Assembly (NCBI GenBank): GCA_973895155.1
Contig: OZ316891.1
Location: 4,621,708-4,685,707 of the forward strand
Direction of reading: 5' to 3'
DNA from: Marsupella aquatica
Lineage: Eukaryota > Plantae > Marchantiophyta
Length of the DNA stretch: 64,000 bases
Positions 1 through 13,104 of the stretch are shown here, one piece after another (the stretch's first letter is position 1; every line of letters starts with the position of its first letter). The notes under the pieces were generated by a model. It was given only the letters and a program-made list of their open reading frames with translations. It did no database searches and was not told where the DNA came from. The translations under genes were made by a program, and so were the position numbers.

Positions 1-350
1 GAGTCCCCAACACTACCACAGGGTACTCTAAAATAATGCCTTAGAGTACCCCTAGATTATGTACCCCAAAATAGTTCAGAGGAGGTTTGGGTACGCAAAA
101 CATCTTAGAGCACCCCAGAGTTATGTAGACTACCACAAGATATGCAACATATATTAGGAGTACCCCTTGACATTACTTTAGACTATTTATATACAGTAGG
201 GTGCCCCAAGGGGTGCTGCCATTTTCTTAAAGTACCCCAGAGTCCTCAGCACTAAGACAGGGTACCCGAAATGCCTTAGAGTACCCTACAATACCCCAAA
301 ACAGTTTAGAGGAGTTTTGGGTACCCAAAACATGTTAGAGTACACCAGAG
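1..350. repeat. Diverged direct repeat (~115 bp, copies at ~1-120 and ~240-350) rich in TTAGAGTACCCC motifs
   Basis: GAGTCC..CACTA..CAGGGTAC..ATGCCTTAGAGTACCC..TTTGGGTAC.CAAAACAT.TTAGAG.AC.CCAGAG is read twice; probably a TE remnant cut by the window edge. Confidence 0.6.
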
Positions 351-354
351 ATTA

Positions 355-1460
355 ATTTGCCAAAGTCACCTTGTGGTTGTGTGAGGAGTGGCCGGGGGCT
401 CATTAGCAGGTTTTTTGGCCCACACATTTCCAGGTAGCCATGGTTTGTCTATATGATGTCATTCAAAACGACCCTCTTTGTTGGCCTACTTTGCATGCAC
501 GCTGAACCCAGGACACTAATCAAAATTAATTATTAAAAGTTGCATTGTAGTTGGGTGAGGGATGGGGCCGGGTGGGGGTTCACCTCAAGATGATATCAAC
601 TCCTGTATACCCGTCTAGTTTGATTAAATATATGGAGCTATACATACAAAAGAAACTTTGACCTTAGCTAGTTTTGTGGCCCACTTATTTCGAGATAGTC
701 AGAGTTTATGTATGATGTGTTTGACATTGACCACCCATTGGATTTGCGTACTTAGCATGCATCCTGTAATTAATCAGTCAAAGTCATGTTAAGGTTGTGT
801 AAGGTTGGGATATAGCTCAAAATTGTATCAAATCGTGTACACTAAGGTCCAGTTCGATTATTAGATGTATGTAAGTAGCCAGACACACAAAAGACTAGCC
901 AGGACAATATATTAGCTAGTTTTAGTTTGTGGCCTGCCTATTTCTAGACAATCATGGTTTATCTAGGATGTTATTTAGAACCAACCACTCCATTTACCTT
1001 CTTGGCATGCACCCTGAAATTAATTAGTCAAAGTCAAGCTGTAGCTGTCTAAAGTGTGGGGGTTAAACTATTTTCTTAGTCATCAATCCTTTAAACTAAG
1101 GTCTACATTGCTTAAAGGCATGTAGCTTGATATACCTAAGACTTGGACATTGTATTGATTAGCTAATTTCTTGGCCCACATATTTTTGGATAGTCGTGGT
1201 TTCTCTAAATATGATATCGTTTATAAGCAACAACTCTACTTGCCTACGTACTTGACATGCACCCATAATTAAATTAAGCAAGAAACTCATTATTCAAAGT
1301 CAAGTCGTACTTGTGTAAGGGATCATGGGGGTTCAACTCAAAATTGTGTCAAATCCTTCGAGTCACCAAGGTCCAGTTTCATTACATATAATTATATATC
1401 ATGTAGTAAGACATACAAGAGAGTTGGACATTAGCTAGTGTTGTGGGGCACATATTTCTT
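355..1460. repeat. Old diverged tandem array, ~255-bp unit, 4-5 copies
   Basis: Anchor TGGCCCAC..ATTT....ATAG..ATGGTTT recurs at ~415, ~675, ~930, ~1172 and ~1443, each preceded by CAAAGTCA / TTAGCTAG motifs. Confidence 0.6.
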
Positions 1461-2143
1461 GTCATGTATACGTTTAGACAGGGTTAGTACAAGAAGGTTT
1501 AAGTTTCACACAGGGTTCCAGCACTAAACATATCCTGAAAATACTTTCTCATATTAATTTCCAAAGGTTAGGTTGTTCCACCTCTAACTAGATAGAATAC
1601 TAACATTGTAATATATATATATATAATTTCGCAGGACCTGGTTAGGGACCTGGTCTCACCTTCCCCCATCGACCTAAAGCCTACCAGGACTAATGTGTTG
1701 AGCTAGATACCCCATCAATTGATATCTGTGTTCAGATATTTATAGCAATTGCCACAAATGCAGGAAGAGAAAGCCAGGCATCCAGTTTAGTAACAAAAGA
1801 GGGCGATAGGCTAGTACTGCTGGTATTTCTCAGACAGTTAGTTTGTTTTTTAAGGAGGCGCTCTTGATATGATGATGATAATCGTGCGCTTCTTTTTGTC
1901 TATTCTAGTAAATAGATTGAAGTTGAAACTGTACATGAATACAAAACTGTTTTGGCCATCAGAAACAGTCCACTATCAACACTTAGTCAAATAAAGAACT
2001 TTTATAATCCCTCTATGGCTGCCTGCCCACAAATACTGCATCCTTCCCTAGCTAGATTAAATTTCGAGCTGTGCACTCTATATGTAGGTGCTGAAAGCCC
2101 GGCTGAAGGTAGGACCCCCTTGAATTGAATTGCTCATCGTAAG

Positions 2144-2208
2144 CCATACATAAGCAAGCTAAGTACGTACAGCCATATGCAAGCTGTACGTAGCTTGCTT
2201 ATGTATGG
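2144..2208. other. Near-perfect inverted repeat / hairpin (17 bp + 9 bp stem)
   Basis: CCATACATAAGCAAGCT-aagt-ACGTACAGC-catatgcaa-GCTGTACGT-AGCTTGCTTATGTATGG. Confidence 0.85.
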
Positions 2209-2574
2209 GGATTCCCTAGACTAGACAAAACAATGTACACTCGGTAGATCTTTGGGCCTGGAGGGAGCCAAATGAAAGGAGAGGGGCTCGATCTAGGGAG
2301 TTCCTACAGTTCTTCTGATCAAATCAGATTTGGATCCATGGTATGTTCAGGGTGTGGTATACACAATAGGATTTGATTTGATTGGATTGGAATTTGTTTT
2401 ACCTATGTAAAATCAGAGCACCTTAATAGTTTTAGATCTGATTATCTTTAAACATGGCAGCAATTGCACATGCAGAAATGTGATTGCTGTGAGTGGGGTG
2501 CGTGTGCATTATTTTCTACTCACCTGCCTCCAAATTATTGTTCATACAGGACGTAATAGTTTGGCTTGTCTGAA

Positions 2575-3015
2575 TTGGTCATTAATATATAGTGCGCGCG
2601 CATGATTTGGGTTCAAATTCTTTTACATACATGGGATTGCATTATTGGTTAAATATTGGTGTACCGAATGTCTGAATGGTTATTAATAGTGTGGTTTGGG
2701 TTCACTATTGGTTCAACGTTGGATGTGGGTCTGGTCATTAATATATAGTGACTGTGCATGATCTGGGTTAGAATTCTTTCAGATACAGCGCGCAGGTAGT
2801 GTTTATATTTAATTAATGGTCGTGAAGAGTGTGGTTTGGATGTGGTTCTGTATTCGATGTGGTCATTAAGAGTGTGGTTTGGGTTCACTATTGGTTCAGC
2901 ATTGGATGTGGTTCTGTATTGGATCGATGTGGTTCCGTATTAGATGTGGTCATTAAGAGTGTGGTTTGGGTTCACTATTAGTTCAGCATTGGATGTGGTT
3001 CAGTATTGGATGTGC
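2575..3015. repeat. Degenerate tandem repeats of GTGTGGTTTGGGTTCACTATTGGTTCAGCATTGGATGTGG
   Basis: Unit read at ~2689, ~2872 and ~2958 with partial copies between. Confidence 0.7.
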
Positions 3016-5305
3016 GCATGATTGGAGGCGTCGACACAATTCAAAGATTTGCTTTCAACAAACAATTTCATACCAAACAATTTCACACCAAGAGAACTCA
3101 GGCCACCATGAATTAATTACGCAATCGCTTTCATCAGCAGCGTGGTTCATGAGGTGGCAATCATCATAGTTCACGGAACATTGGGTAAGGGCCCCTCCCC
3201 AATGTCCCAAGACAATTGGTTCAAACAAATCAGAAAAGATCAACAACACACCCACCACTGCACATGTGAATCCGCGGCTCCACATGTACAGCTAAGAAGA
3301 AGAAAAAATAAAGATCAAGCTCGGGTTTAATCGATCAGTGTACTCAGCACACAAAAGCAGTGTCCCCGACACATCAATTGGGACTTCAGATCAATTCGGT
3401 CTCAAGTCATGATATTACAAGTACAGGTGACGTGAATTGTTTAATGTGCAAGTTCATTGATTATATGAATTCTCCAATATGAAAGATCGATGTACTCAAC
3501 CAGTCCTGCAATCCAGAGAGTATAAAAGTTAGTAGAAAACAATAACAAAAGGTAATGTTGAAGGCGTGAAGTAAAGTTCTCAACAACTTACGAGGACGGA
3601 GTGCAGGCTACCCGTATGCATACTGAACCCCGGTACTCGATCAGCCTGCAACTCAGAACCAGAGAGGGTGAAGGTTAGCACAAGTCAGTAATGAAGAACA
3701 ACAAAAACATACAATACAGTTCTCCACAACGTACAAGTAAGCATGGAGTGTAGCTGCCGGCCTGCCTGATGAGTATTCAGCCTGTACGTGGACAAAAAAT
3801 CAGAGCAGAACGAATGTACAAATTAGTAAGTCATTAAAGAGGAATTGTCAAGGGATGCATGCGCAGTATCTCAACAATGTACTTACTCATAAAGATGGCG
3901 CGGCGCGTCGGCGTGGCTGGCTGCGCCAGTTCGATCACACCATAAACAATAGGTTCACGTACCTTTGTAGACCAGGGGACCAAAATGGTTGAACTATGAG
4001 CACATGAACGGGCAGGCAGAGAGCCAATATATCTTCATGTGAGCACTGAAGTTTGAGCCAACGTAAACTACCTATGAGAGCATCCACAATCACCATTTGT
4101 AGCAAACAAGATCGAATGATCTGCGCCAAATGCCAAATATATGATCTGCGCCACATTCGGGAATGGAGCCCATTAACAATATCTGATTACATGGAGACAA
4201 ATTAAAATAAACCAAGTAGCAAAATCGAGCACTCATAGATCATACCTTCGATACATGTATAGGCGTAAGTGTCAAGAAACAAGGTTTGGATATATAGAAG
4301 GTTATAGTGGCTGGCCAGCCGTGAATGGATGGATCTTAGAAAGGGTTGGATTGGAAGGGATGCAGCGAGCTAGGCAAGGAAAGGGATGCAGCGGGCTAGG
4401 CAAGGAATAGGAAAGGAAAGGGCTGCGCTCAATTCCATCTTGTAGAGCACCTGCCTGTACTCATACTTCTGCATACATTTTTCAATGTCAAGCAAACACA
4501 AAGAATTAGTAAGATTGATATATACAATGCTTTAATTCTAAGTGACTACAATTGAAACAAGCAATTGATCGTAAGACTACATGCAGTCAACAACTCATAT
4601 CCCAGCTGCGAAGAGCTTAGTCTCGCCTTCTGTCTTGTTAAAAGCATTCCACCTCAATGCTATTCTCAACACTCAGAGACAGGAATTGAAATGAAAGATG
4701 GAAATGTGACTGCCTGGCCTTTCGGTAGATATGGGTAGATATGGGCCCATTCATCTTGTCTTCTTCTCCTCATTTTAGCGGGAATGAGGGCAGGCAATTT
4801 GCGTAGAATTAGCTATGTGGCTCCTCAGCTATGTGGCTCCTCACCTAACCTAGATAGACAGCGGGAAATTTGACTATAAGAATAATTAAATATTAAACTA
4901 CTATGTACGTGGATATTTTTGTACCATTGGATTGTCTCATTGGATATATTGAGCACGAAGACTCCTTGATTAGTTCCCCATGTGGTTTATGGTCAACCGA
5001 TACTATCTACTAAGTACAACTGCATGTGATACAAGTGTGCGATCTTTCACTAAAAAATTATATTAGCTACAGTTTAAATTATCTTGTTTCTAACTCATTC
5101 AAGAGAGAATTTACAACAACATGCATATTGCCTTTATTCTGGTCATGGATCCTGCCGCTGCCTTTAGTTTTGTCATCACAGTTTCTTAGGTCATTGACAA
5201 AAATGGAACAGTAATTGAATTGTCCCATTATAGTCAGCAAGAACTTAGCCAGAATTTTAGCACAAATCATTGACAAAAGAGCACAATAATGAAGTTGTCT
5301 CATCA

Positions 5306-6461
5306 TCTACAACTATAATACTGCATCCCGCCTCTTTTCGTCCTTCGTCCCTTTATGAAAATCAGAAATGGCGGGAAACAATCATGACCATCCATTGAAT
5401 TGATTATTTATTTCCCACCATCAGATGCACACAAACCCATATCATCATCTTTTTTGTTTCACAATAATAGGTATAGTAACACTAATAGGCGTAGTAGCAT
5501 GTTTAAGGTACACCTGCCAAAAGTACATGCACATAGGACAAAAGACACTTTACACATGCCCACAGTACATGCACATGAGACTATTGTACTTGAAAGTACC
5601 ATGAATGTGTGTTGTACTAGAATGTACAACCAATTATTATGCTCCCATAAAAATATAATGTTATGCAATTGATGGGGAGAGTAGAGAGAAACTGCTCGGG
5701 AGCAAGAAAAGGGGGAGAGGGGAAATAAAAGAAAAACAAAAGAAATTAAAGATAAAAGTTAGGATAGGAACAAATATTAGAATGTGGGAAAAGATGATAA
5801 AGGGAAAAAAAATTAATTTAGTGTTTTTAAATTTTCCAAACATTTAAAAAATATACCTAAATATTTATAAATATATTGTGTCAAAATGATGAGATTTTCA
5901 CACCCAATGTGACAAAATTCTTTATAGTTTTTAATCATGAATGTCTTACAAAATTTTCCATATATAGTCTTAAGGTCTTACTTGGAAGCAAATCTCTTTC
6001 TCACATTGCCATCTTTATCTCACCTGAGCATCTTTTATCTACTCAACATCTTTTTCTTTACTCAAGGTCTTTTCTCACTTTGACATCTTTATCACATCAC
6101 ACCATCTTTTTCTCAGTGTCGAAATCTTTTCTCATCTCGCCATCTTTTTCTCACCTTGATATCTTCATCATATCTCAACATTTTTCCTTCACCCTTGCCA
6201 TTTTTCTCTCTCCTTGACATCTTTCCTCACCTTCATATTTTTCTCTCTCATCAACATCTTTTTTCAACTCAACGTCTTTAATTTCCTCATCTCAACATCT
6301 TTTGTGTAATGCATAGATTCTTTTCTCTCCTTGATATCTTTTTCGCACCTTGATTTCTTTCCTTCACCTTGACATCTTTTGCTCTTATTAACATATTTTT
6401 TCATCTCGACGTCCTTTCCTCACCTCAATATCTTTTGTGCAACGCACAGGCATGGGGCTAG
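5306..6461 (+). mobile_element. Non-autonomous Helitron (~1.16 kb)
   Basis: 3' end TTGTGC-AAC-GCACAG hairpin followed by CTAG|T at 6458-6462, a decayed form of the plant Helitron CCCGTGCAACGCACGGG..CTAG end. Candidate 5' end A|TCTACAACTATAATA at 5305/5306. Insertion between A and T. Interior has many ~20-bp CTCACCTTGACATCTTTT repeats and no RepHel ORF. Confidence 0.65.
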
Positions 6462-7555
6462 TACTTACATAAAACCTACTGTAGCCAGAATTTTAGCCCT
6501 CCTTCTCGTCACATTTCTAGAGACTATTATGATCCTTTGCTCCCGTACCATTGCTGGTTTCTACGATCCTCCCCACTACAGCTGTATGTGGTGGGGTCCC
6601 AAATGTGTATTGCCTAGCTACCATCCATCAACTTACCTGTTGTTATTATTGAAATTACACTTGGCATAAAATCCAAAAGAATCCATATTAACCAGCGCCA
6701 AAATTGTGCACAGAGTCTTAATTTAATTAATATCATTTGAACAATAACACAAAGTATTGATTTATATTTGGAGCAAGAAACAAGCTATTGGTAGCAAGAG
6801 CCATTAATGTATTTCCGTAGGCAAACTTACCATATTCTTGTCACTCCAATTTGGAAACGCTTACATATATACAAATTAAATTTTGGCCTAGAACGGCCAA
6901 ACAGAAAATTAAAACAAAATGTTGTAAATGTTGGGCAATATACTCTAATGTCTTCAACACTTCAAGATTCATTATATTTCCAAATAAGTGAAGCGCAGAA
7001 GCCTCATATATTACAAGCTAAAGATAATTTTTATTATAACCTGCAAAGCCAGATTGATGGAACCTGCAAAGCAAGTCTCATGTTTGAATATCATATGTTA
7101 CACCTGGTGATTTTAAAAACATGTTATGTAAGGTGCACACAATTAGAGATTGACGTCTCACATAGAGGAAAAATAAAACCATATTTTAAAATTATTTTCC
7201 AGAGAACCAAGATAAGAAAAATTAGCAAGGAAATACTATTTATAGGGACCACAAATATTATTCCAATCAACCACTTTTGCTTCTGGAGAAGAGCAATGTA
7301 ATATTAATATCCACTCCAAATATATTACCCTACTGGAAACGCTATATACAAGAGTACTTCTAAGCTAGTATACAAGAGTACGTGGCTTTCATAATTCAAC
7401 TAGTGACTGACAAGTCATCTTAATATTTTACCCAGGAAATTAACAAATAAATCTAAATCTGCCCCATTCCTAGAGGCTCCTATGATACCCCCCACCACAG
7501 ATTCCTCAATTTGTATTGTTCCTCCCCACCACAGTTGCTTGCGATGGTGGTGTCA

Positions 7556-7975
7556 GATGTAGTGGTCACATATTGACAAATGAGAACACTAAATAAATAA
7601 AATTGTGTACGGACAGTGATTGACTGTATATATTATAGTAATTAAACTGTGTCACTGTAGGCCGTGAATTATGTAGTGGTCACATATTGACAAACGAGAA
7701 CACTAATTAATTAAATTGTGTACAGTGATTGACAAAATATACAGTATAGTAATTAAATCGTGTCACTGTAGGCGTGAGTTATTTTAGCGCTCCTTCTTGT
7801 CAAGTTCCTAGATATGTGCTCCTCTTTCCTAGAGCTGCATGGGACACTGTGGACTCTAGACAAAAGATCGAGCGTAGTAAATAAATTCTATCATTGTCGG
7901 GCATGAATTATTTTAGCATTCCTTCCTGTCAGGTTCCTAGATGCTCCTTTCCCCACAGCTGCATGGGACACAGCG
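7556..7975. repeat. Tandem duplications upstream of the orphan gene (~114-bp unit x2, plus GTTCCTAGAT..GCTGCATGGGACAC x2)
   Basis: TGTAGTGGTCACATATTGACAAA at 7558 and 7672; GTTCCTAGAT..AGCTGCATGGGACAC at ~7804 and ~7933. Confidence 0.75.
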
Positions 7976-8241
7976 GCATGTTCAAAAAAATTCAAAAAAT
8001 TCGAAAGACTTTGAAATTGATTCTGAGGCGGGGAAGTTCGGGCACTCCTCTGTTTGGGAACTTCTTTGTTAGTTATGGCAAGGAGAAGTTTGGGCATTTT
8101 TATGTTAGTGGTACTTACATGGACCATGTGTTGTCACATCATTTTATCGACCATAAGCAATCCGCGATCGATCCCTCTTGGCAGACAGTACTAGATTTAC
8201 AAAGCTCTTCAACATTAGGCTGAATCTCTTCCACAGGAACC

Positions 8242-11200
8242 ATGGCTGCTTGGTACGACATTAGTTCTCAGGAATTATGTGACCACATTGCCATATGTCT
8301 GAACACAACGATGTACAATGAGGCAATAATCAGCAACCACATCTCGGGAGATAGCTTCTTCTACATGACGACTCCCACTGAGTGGACGATGTTCTATGAA
8401 TGTGTGGGCATCAAATCATTTCCGCACAAGATGATGTTGAGTAAATGGTTGGGCGAATGCAAACGAATGAACGCCATTGTCACAGAACCCACAAAGCTAG
8501 GACCGACGCAAGCACCATTGCAGAAATCACAGTGTAGTGATGTACGACTGCCAAGTCAACCAGAGGTTGGAGATAGTCTTAGGAAATTTGATCAAAGCTC
8601 CTCGACCTCTCGCTCGACCTCTAATCCACTCTGTGTTGCAGCGCCAACTAAGGTCAGTTTGTGACCTCATATCTCTTGTTCAATATGGAGTATGCCGATA
8701 GCATGTTTGGGTTACATAGGGTCGACATTTTGATAGTACATTCAATCAATGGCTCACTTGGGTTGCGCCCCTAAATTTTGTTGTTATTATTTGGATTTGT
8801 AGAGATTTTATCCAGCTCCCGAGGAGATCTTCAAGCCAGGAGGACGCCAAATGCTAGCGGCTCAACATGGAGATGCACACAAGGCCCATCTTCAGAATTA
8901 TAGGACTGTCCGAAGCTGGTTTGCTGCATATGCCACAAATGCAGAGATCTATTCATATATGGATGCAGATTACAAAAATGACACTCGAGTCAAAGAGAGC
9001 TGTAGAGCATACGCCAAGACTAAGATGAATGAACTTGTGCCTCTGCCATTTGTGTGTCCCACCACAGGAGCTAAGCATGAGATGCCTTGGACAGAAGATT
9101 TTCTTTTTGAGGTGATATTAAACAGGAAGCATGAATGGAGGAAAACAGTCAGCAAAAAGAAAGAAGGTACGGTTATGTTCCAGTTGATGAGTTGAAAAAT
9201 CATTAGTCTCTAAAATGTTTCAATCTGTTCTTTACTTTGCCCCATTAATTTCATATGCCATGTATTGTATATTAGTGGTAGCCTCGACCCATCTAATCTA
9301 ACTTACAGTCCTTGCCAATTCCAGATGCAATTCCTCGTGGTCCGAAACGAGAGATAGTGACCCGAGAGCTCAATGAGTTTGAGAAATTGGCAAAACTAGA
9401 CACTGATGAGCTTGTGTGCATTGAATATTGCAAAAAATACCCAGAGTTTTATGTTCAATTTGTTTCACATACTCTGAAACCTGACTTGGCACAACTGCAA
9501 TCTAGAGAGTCACAGTTGCAATTAGGAGATGATGGAAATCCACGAGTCAATGACCAGATTGGAGGTATGGTATTTGGCCGTGGAACGATCCACACAGTCC
9601 ATGACATCAAGTCTGTGAGATGTTACAAGGTTAAGTTCATTCAATTTTCGATCCCAAAACCATCAGAAAAAAGACCTGCCCTGTGGGTGCCAGGAATGAC
9701 CCTAACAGGCCTTCAGCATTTCCAAGTCCATCAATTAAAAGAGGTGAGAACTCTATGTGATGTCTATTCCCCTTGTCCCTTGCGTAGCTATATATATGAT
9801 TGTTCATACCGGTTCATCTATTGTAGCCAATATATGTTGGGTATGCAGCTATGCATGGCTTTCCATGTACTATATAATCAGGTTACTGGCCGACTCTCCT
9901 TTCTACTTCATTTGAAATCTAGTTCCAATGTAGTTCGTCACCGCTATCTACATGCAAGCTAGGTAGACATTCTGGGCAGCCCTTGTTATAGAATTTGATT
10001 TTAGCCCTATATATAGTCCTGAATATCTATGTACGTTTTGTGTTTATTATATACAGGGCATGACCATTTTCATTCCACGTTCCTATTGTACCATGTCACC
10101 AAACCTAGCCACTCTAGTGTGGCTAGGATGGCACACCTTCTATAGCACATGGACTGAAGGAGGCTGGCCTGAAGAGGCCACGGATGGTGGGCAGTTGCAG
10201 CCTCCTCACACACAGAAGAGCCAATCTTTGGGATCAAATGGCCAGAGGGAAAGAAGCTTGGAGTTTGTATCACCAATCCCATCCCAATGTCAATCTTTAC
10301 AGCTTGGAGAAGCTCAGAAGTCGATTGAGCCAAAAGTGGACCCTAGTACACAGGATACTCAAGACAGTGATGAACTTTTGGATTCCAGAAATACTGAGTT
10401 GCTGGATCCTGATTATTTCAGCCAAGGAGTAGAATCCTCTTCAGAAACTTGTCACTTGTCACTTGATTTGTTCAGGAACAATGACAAAGACAACACCAGC
10501 TGCCCAATTGAATCTCGCTCTACCAAAGATTCAGATACTTTTACCAATAAGGAGGATGATGCGCCTTTGCAGGTTTGTGGCTCAATTAATTTGTATCAAC
10601 CGTACTGGACATTGGTACTGGACATGGTACTTACTAGAAGATCGATCAATGTCTGAAAATATTAATTGTTGCTTTCAAATTGGATTCAATCTATTGTTCA
10701 CAGTCGATCATTTAATTAATATTTATATGGCAGGTAAAGAGACAGAACATTGAGGAGCCTACTCCATCAGTACCGATTGAGGAGCTTCCTTTACCAGTAG
10801 CATCTGACAAACTACCACTGGTCCAGGTATCATATTGTCTAAGGCGGCCTTACATCTTGTCATTTAATTGCATGTTGAGTATAATATATCAATTCAGTCT
10901 ATCCTATGATATAGTTCTTGTATATCTGAGCTATATATGAGCAGCCCACTTTAATTCCAACTTTCTTGCTCTTTACTAGTTTTGAGAGACGCTCGATCTG
11001 GTTTGGTGGTCCCTATCACCCGAGTTCTGTTATGCACAAGCGTTAGTGGGAATATATAATCTCTGATGGCTTCTTCCTAGCTAAGTATCAATATTAATGG
11101 CTTAGGTTTGTAGACATGTGATGCCCAGATTTATTGTACAATGACCATATTATTGTAAATCAGGTTGAAGCTAGATTTATTGATCTGCTGAGTTCATCTA

Positions 11201-12776
11201 ACATATTCTGCAGTCTTACTTGTAGTGATAGCTGTTCTTACTTCTTGATCCCCAATGTCTATAAGATATAATTCCTAAGACTATTTATTGATGGGAAAAG
11301 AGTGTGTGAAATCAACCCACGTACAGGTCCACACAAGCACCTCTCTAGTAATAATCAGTATATGATTTCTGCCCGTTTTGAGTCTGTTTATGCCTGGCGC
11401 ACCTCTCTAGTAATAATCAGTATATAATTTCTGCCCGTTTTGAGTCTGTTTATGCCTGGTTTTTATGTGGACCCGTGTACCTTTATGTCTGAGCCGTGGC
11501 TGGTCCTCAGTGTATATATGCTTTTCTGGCAAAAGTTTAATGGTTAGTAATGGTCACTTGTTCCTCTTTTATGTTTTCTTTTGAATTGCAATAAATCATG
11601 ACAGGTTAAGATGGAGAAATACCAGGAACAGCGTGGAGTACTTGCAAGTATAGCTATAGGTGGTATCAATTCGACCTCGTCGTTGGGGAGACCACGAAGA
11701 GGCAAGGGAACAAATGCAGGCAAAGAAAATGTACCTACATTTACTGCTATTTCAACAAAGGATCAAGAGGATGCACGCTCCCAGTTGTTGACTGGCAACA
11801 AAATGGTAGCAACAAAAATTTCGTTCACTACTATAATTTTCCTTCCGCTTTGTTAGCTCTCTAAGTAAGCTACGTAACATGACTCACCGTGCAGCTGGCT
11901 CTCTTTTTGGCTCTCTGAACGAAAGAAAGGGGCAGGTTATATATAATTATAGTCTTTTAGTCTTGCTATAGTAAGTACGTTGTCTACTGAACTGTACGTT
12001 GAATGAAAAGTGCTTGATATATGGGTTGTAAGTCAATCTGAAGAACTGTGTAATTTATCTTGATGATTTAACTATCTGTTGGATGAGCTAATTGATGAAC
12101 TGTTCTGTCTCATGGTTTTGTTCTCTCCGCGGCATCCATCCGTAGGCAAAAGCGGCCAAAATTCAATTTTCATCTGGAAGCAGGACGAGAAAGGAGACGA
12201 CGTTGATGGGAATGGAAGCTGTTAACATAGTAAGTAATTTATTTTTTACTTGCTCTGCACGAAAATGTTGTACCTGAATGTTTGATGGTAATAAATTGCT
12301 AATGTCTTAGAAACGTTTCTCGTTTTTTGGTTTGGAGGATGTGGGTGTATTAAATTGCTAATGTCTTAGAAATGTTCTTTCTTTTTTTCCGTTTGCAGGA
12401 TGTGAGTGTATGTACTAAATTGCTAATGTCTCATAAACTTTTCATTTTCTGTTTGCAGGATGTGGGTGCGCTTAACGAAGCTTCCAAACAAGTGGTCTGC
12501 ATGAGAGCCATGGGATTGATAATGTGCTCGGAAGTGGATTCCAAGTTGAAGGGATTTATTAGCGAAACAAATAAACTGTCCAACAAAACACCAAAGCCCT
12601 TTACAAAGCACGCTGGGAAGACTGCACCTGAATTGCTCGACATGGTGGCTAGATGGTGTATTGCTCAGAAAGTAGTGATTATTAGAGACCCGCCCCCCCT
12701 CAGGGATGGCATTCAGAGGCTCTTCCCGGAAAATGTTGTAAAGAATAGCGAGGCAGATATCAATATTTCACATTGA
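8242..12776 (+). CDS. 8-exon gene, ~801 aa, unknown function; N-terminal SAM-like domain, central Tnp1/En/Spm-like segment, acidic low-complexity region
   Basis: Hand-built exons 8242-8652, 8803-9166, 9325-9743, 10057-10572, 10734-10826, 11605-11805, 12146-12229, 12459-12776. All are GT-AG and phase-compatible, with no internal stops (2406 nt). N-terminus W..ISSQEL..HI....Y.EAI.SNHISGDSFF.MT....W.....VGIKSFPHKMML.KWL fits the SAM pattern. Confidence 0.7.
11337..11459. repeat. Recent 62-bp tandem duplication in intron 5 of the orphan gene
   Basis: CACCTCTCTAGTAATAATCAGTATAT(G/A)ATTTCTGCCCGTTTTGAGTCTGTTTATGCCTGG twice, one mismatch seen. Confidence 0.9.
12291..12470 (+). repeat. Triplicated ~60-bp intron 3' end (branch point, pyrimidine tract, acceptor)
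   Basis: TAAATTGCTAATGTCT..TTTG(G/C)AG|GATGTG three times; AG ends at 12337, 12398 and 12458. Confidence 0.85.
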
Positions 12777-13104
12777 TGCATATTTCATAGCATGCTAATT
12801 TATGTAGGTTCAGTGGTTGACTTGATGCCATATATCATGCAGTGAAGCTCAATTTTGTTACAGCTGGTGTGATTGTGGTTTAATCCATAATGATGTACAA
12901 TTACTTTGCGAATCTTCTTTTGTGTGTTCACTCGAATGAGGTTATTAATCAATTAATTAAATGCTCAGAACAGATGGTTATGTCAATCTCATGAATTGTG
13001 TTTAGCTAGACACAATGTATTGTTGAATGGTTTTCACGGGGATTTTCATAAAATTCATGTGCAAAGAGTAAGTGATCTGAATGTGAACGAGCTTATCGGT
13101 TGAG

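Noticed and set aside
6458-6472. 15-bp matches CTAGTACTTACATAA (6458/51818) and AGGATGCGACATTTG (~14196/~24513)
   Set aside because: A few 15-mer matches are expected by chance in 64 kb and similarity does not extend
6807-7301. 164-aa ORF
   Set aside because: AT-rich, no recognisable domain, no splice-compatible neighbours
6574-7564. CACTACAGCTG .. CAGATGTAGTG as CACTA termini
   Set aside because: Only 10 of 11 bp match, flanks (CCC vs GTC) give no 3-bp TSD, and the pair does not enclose the TnpA-like gene
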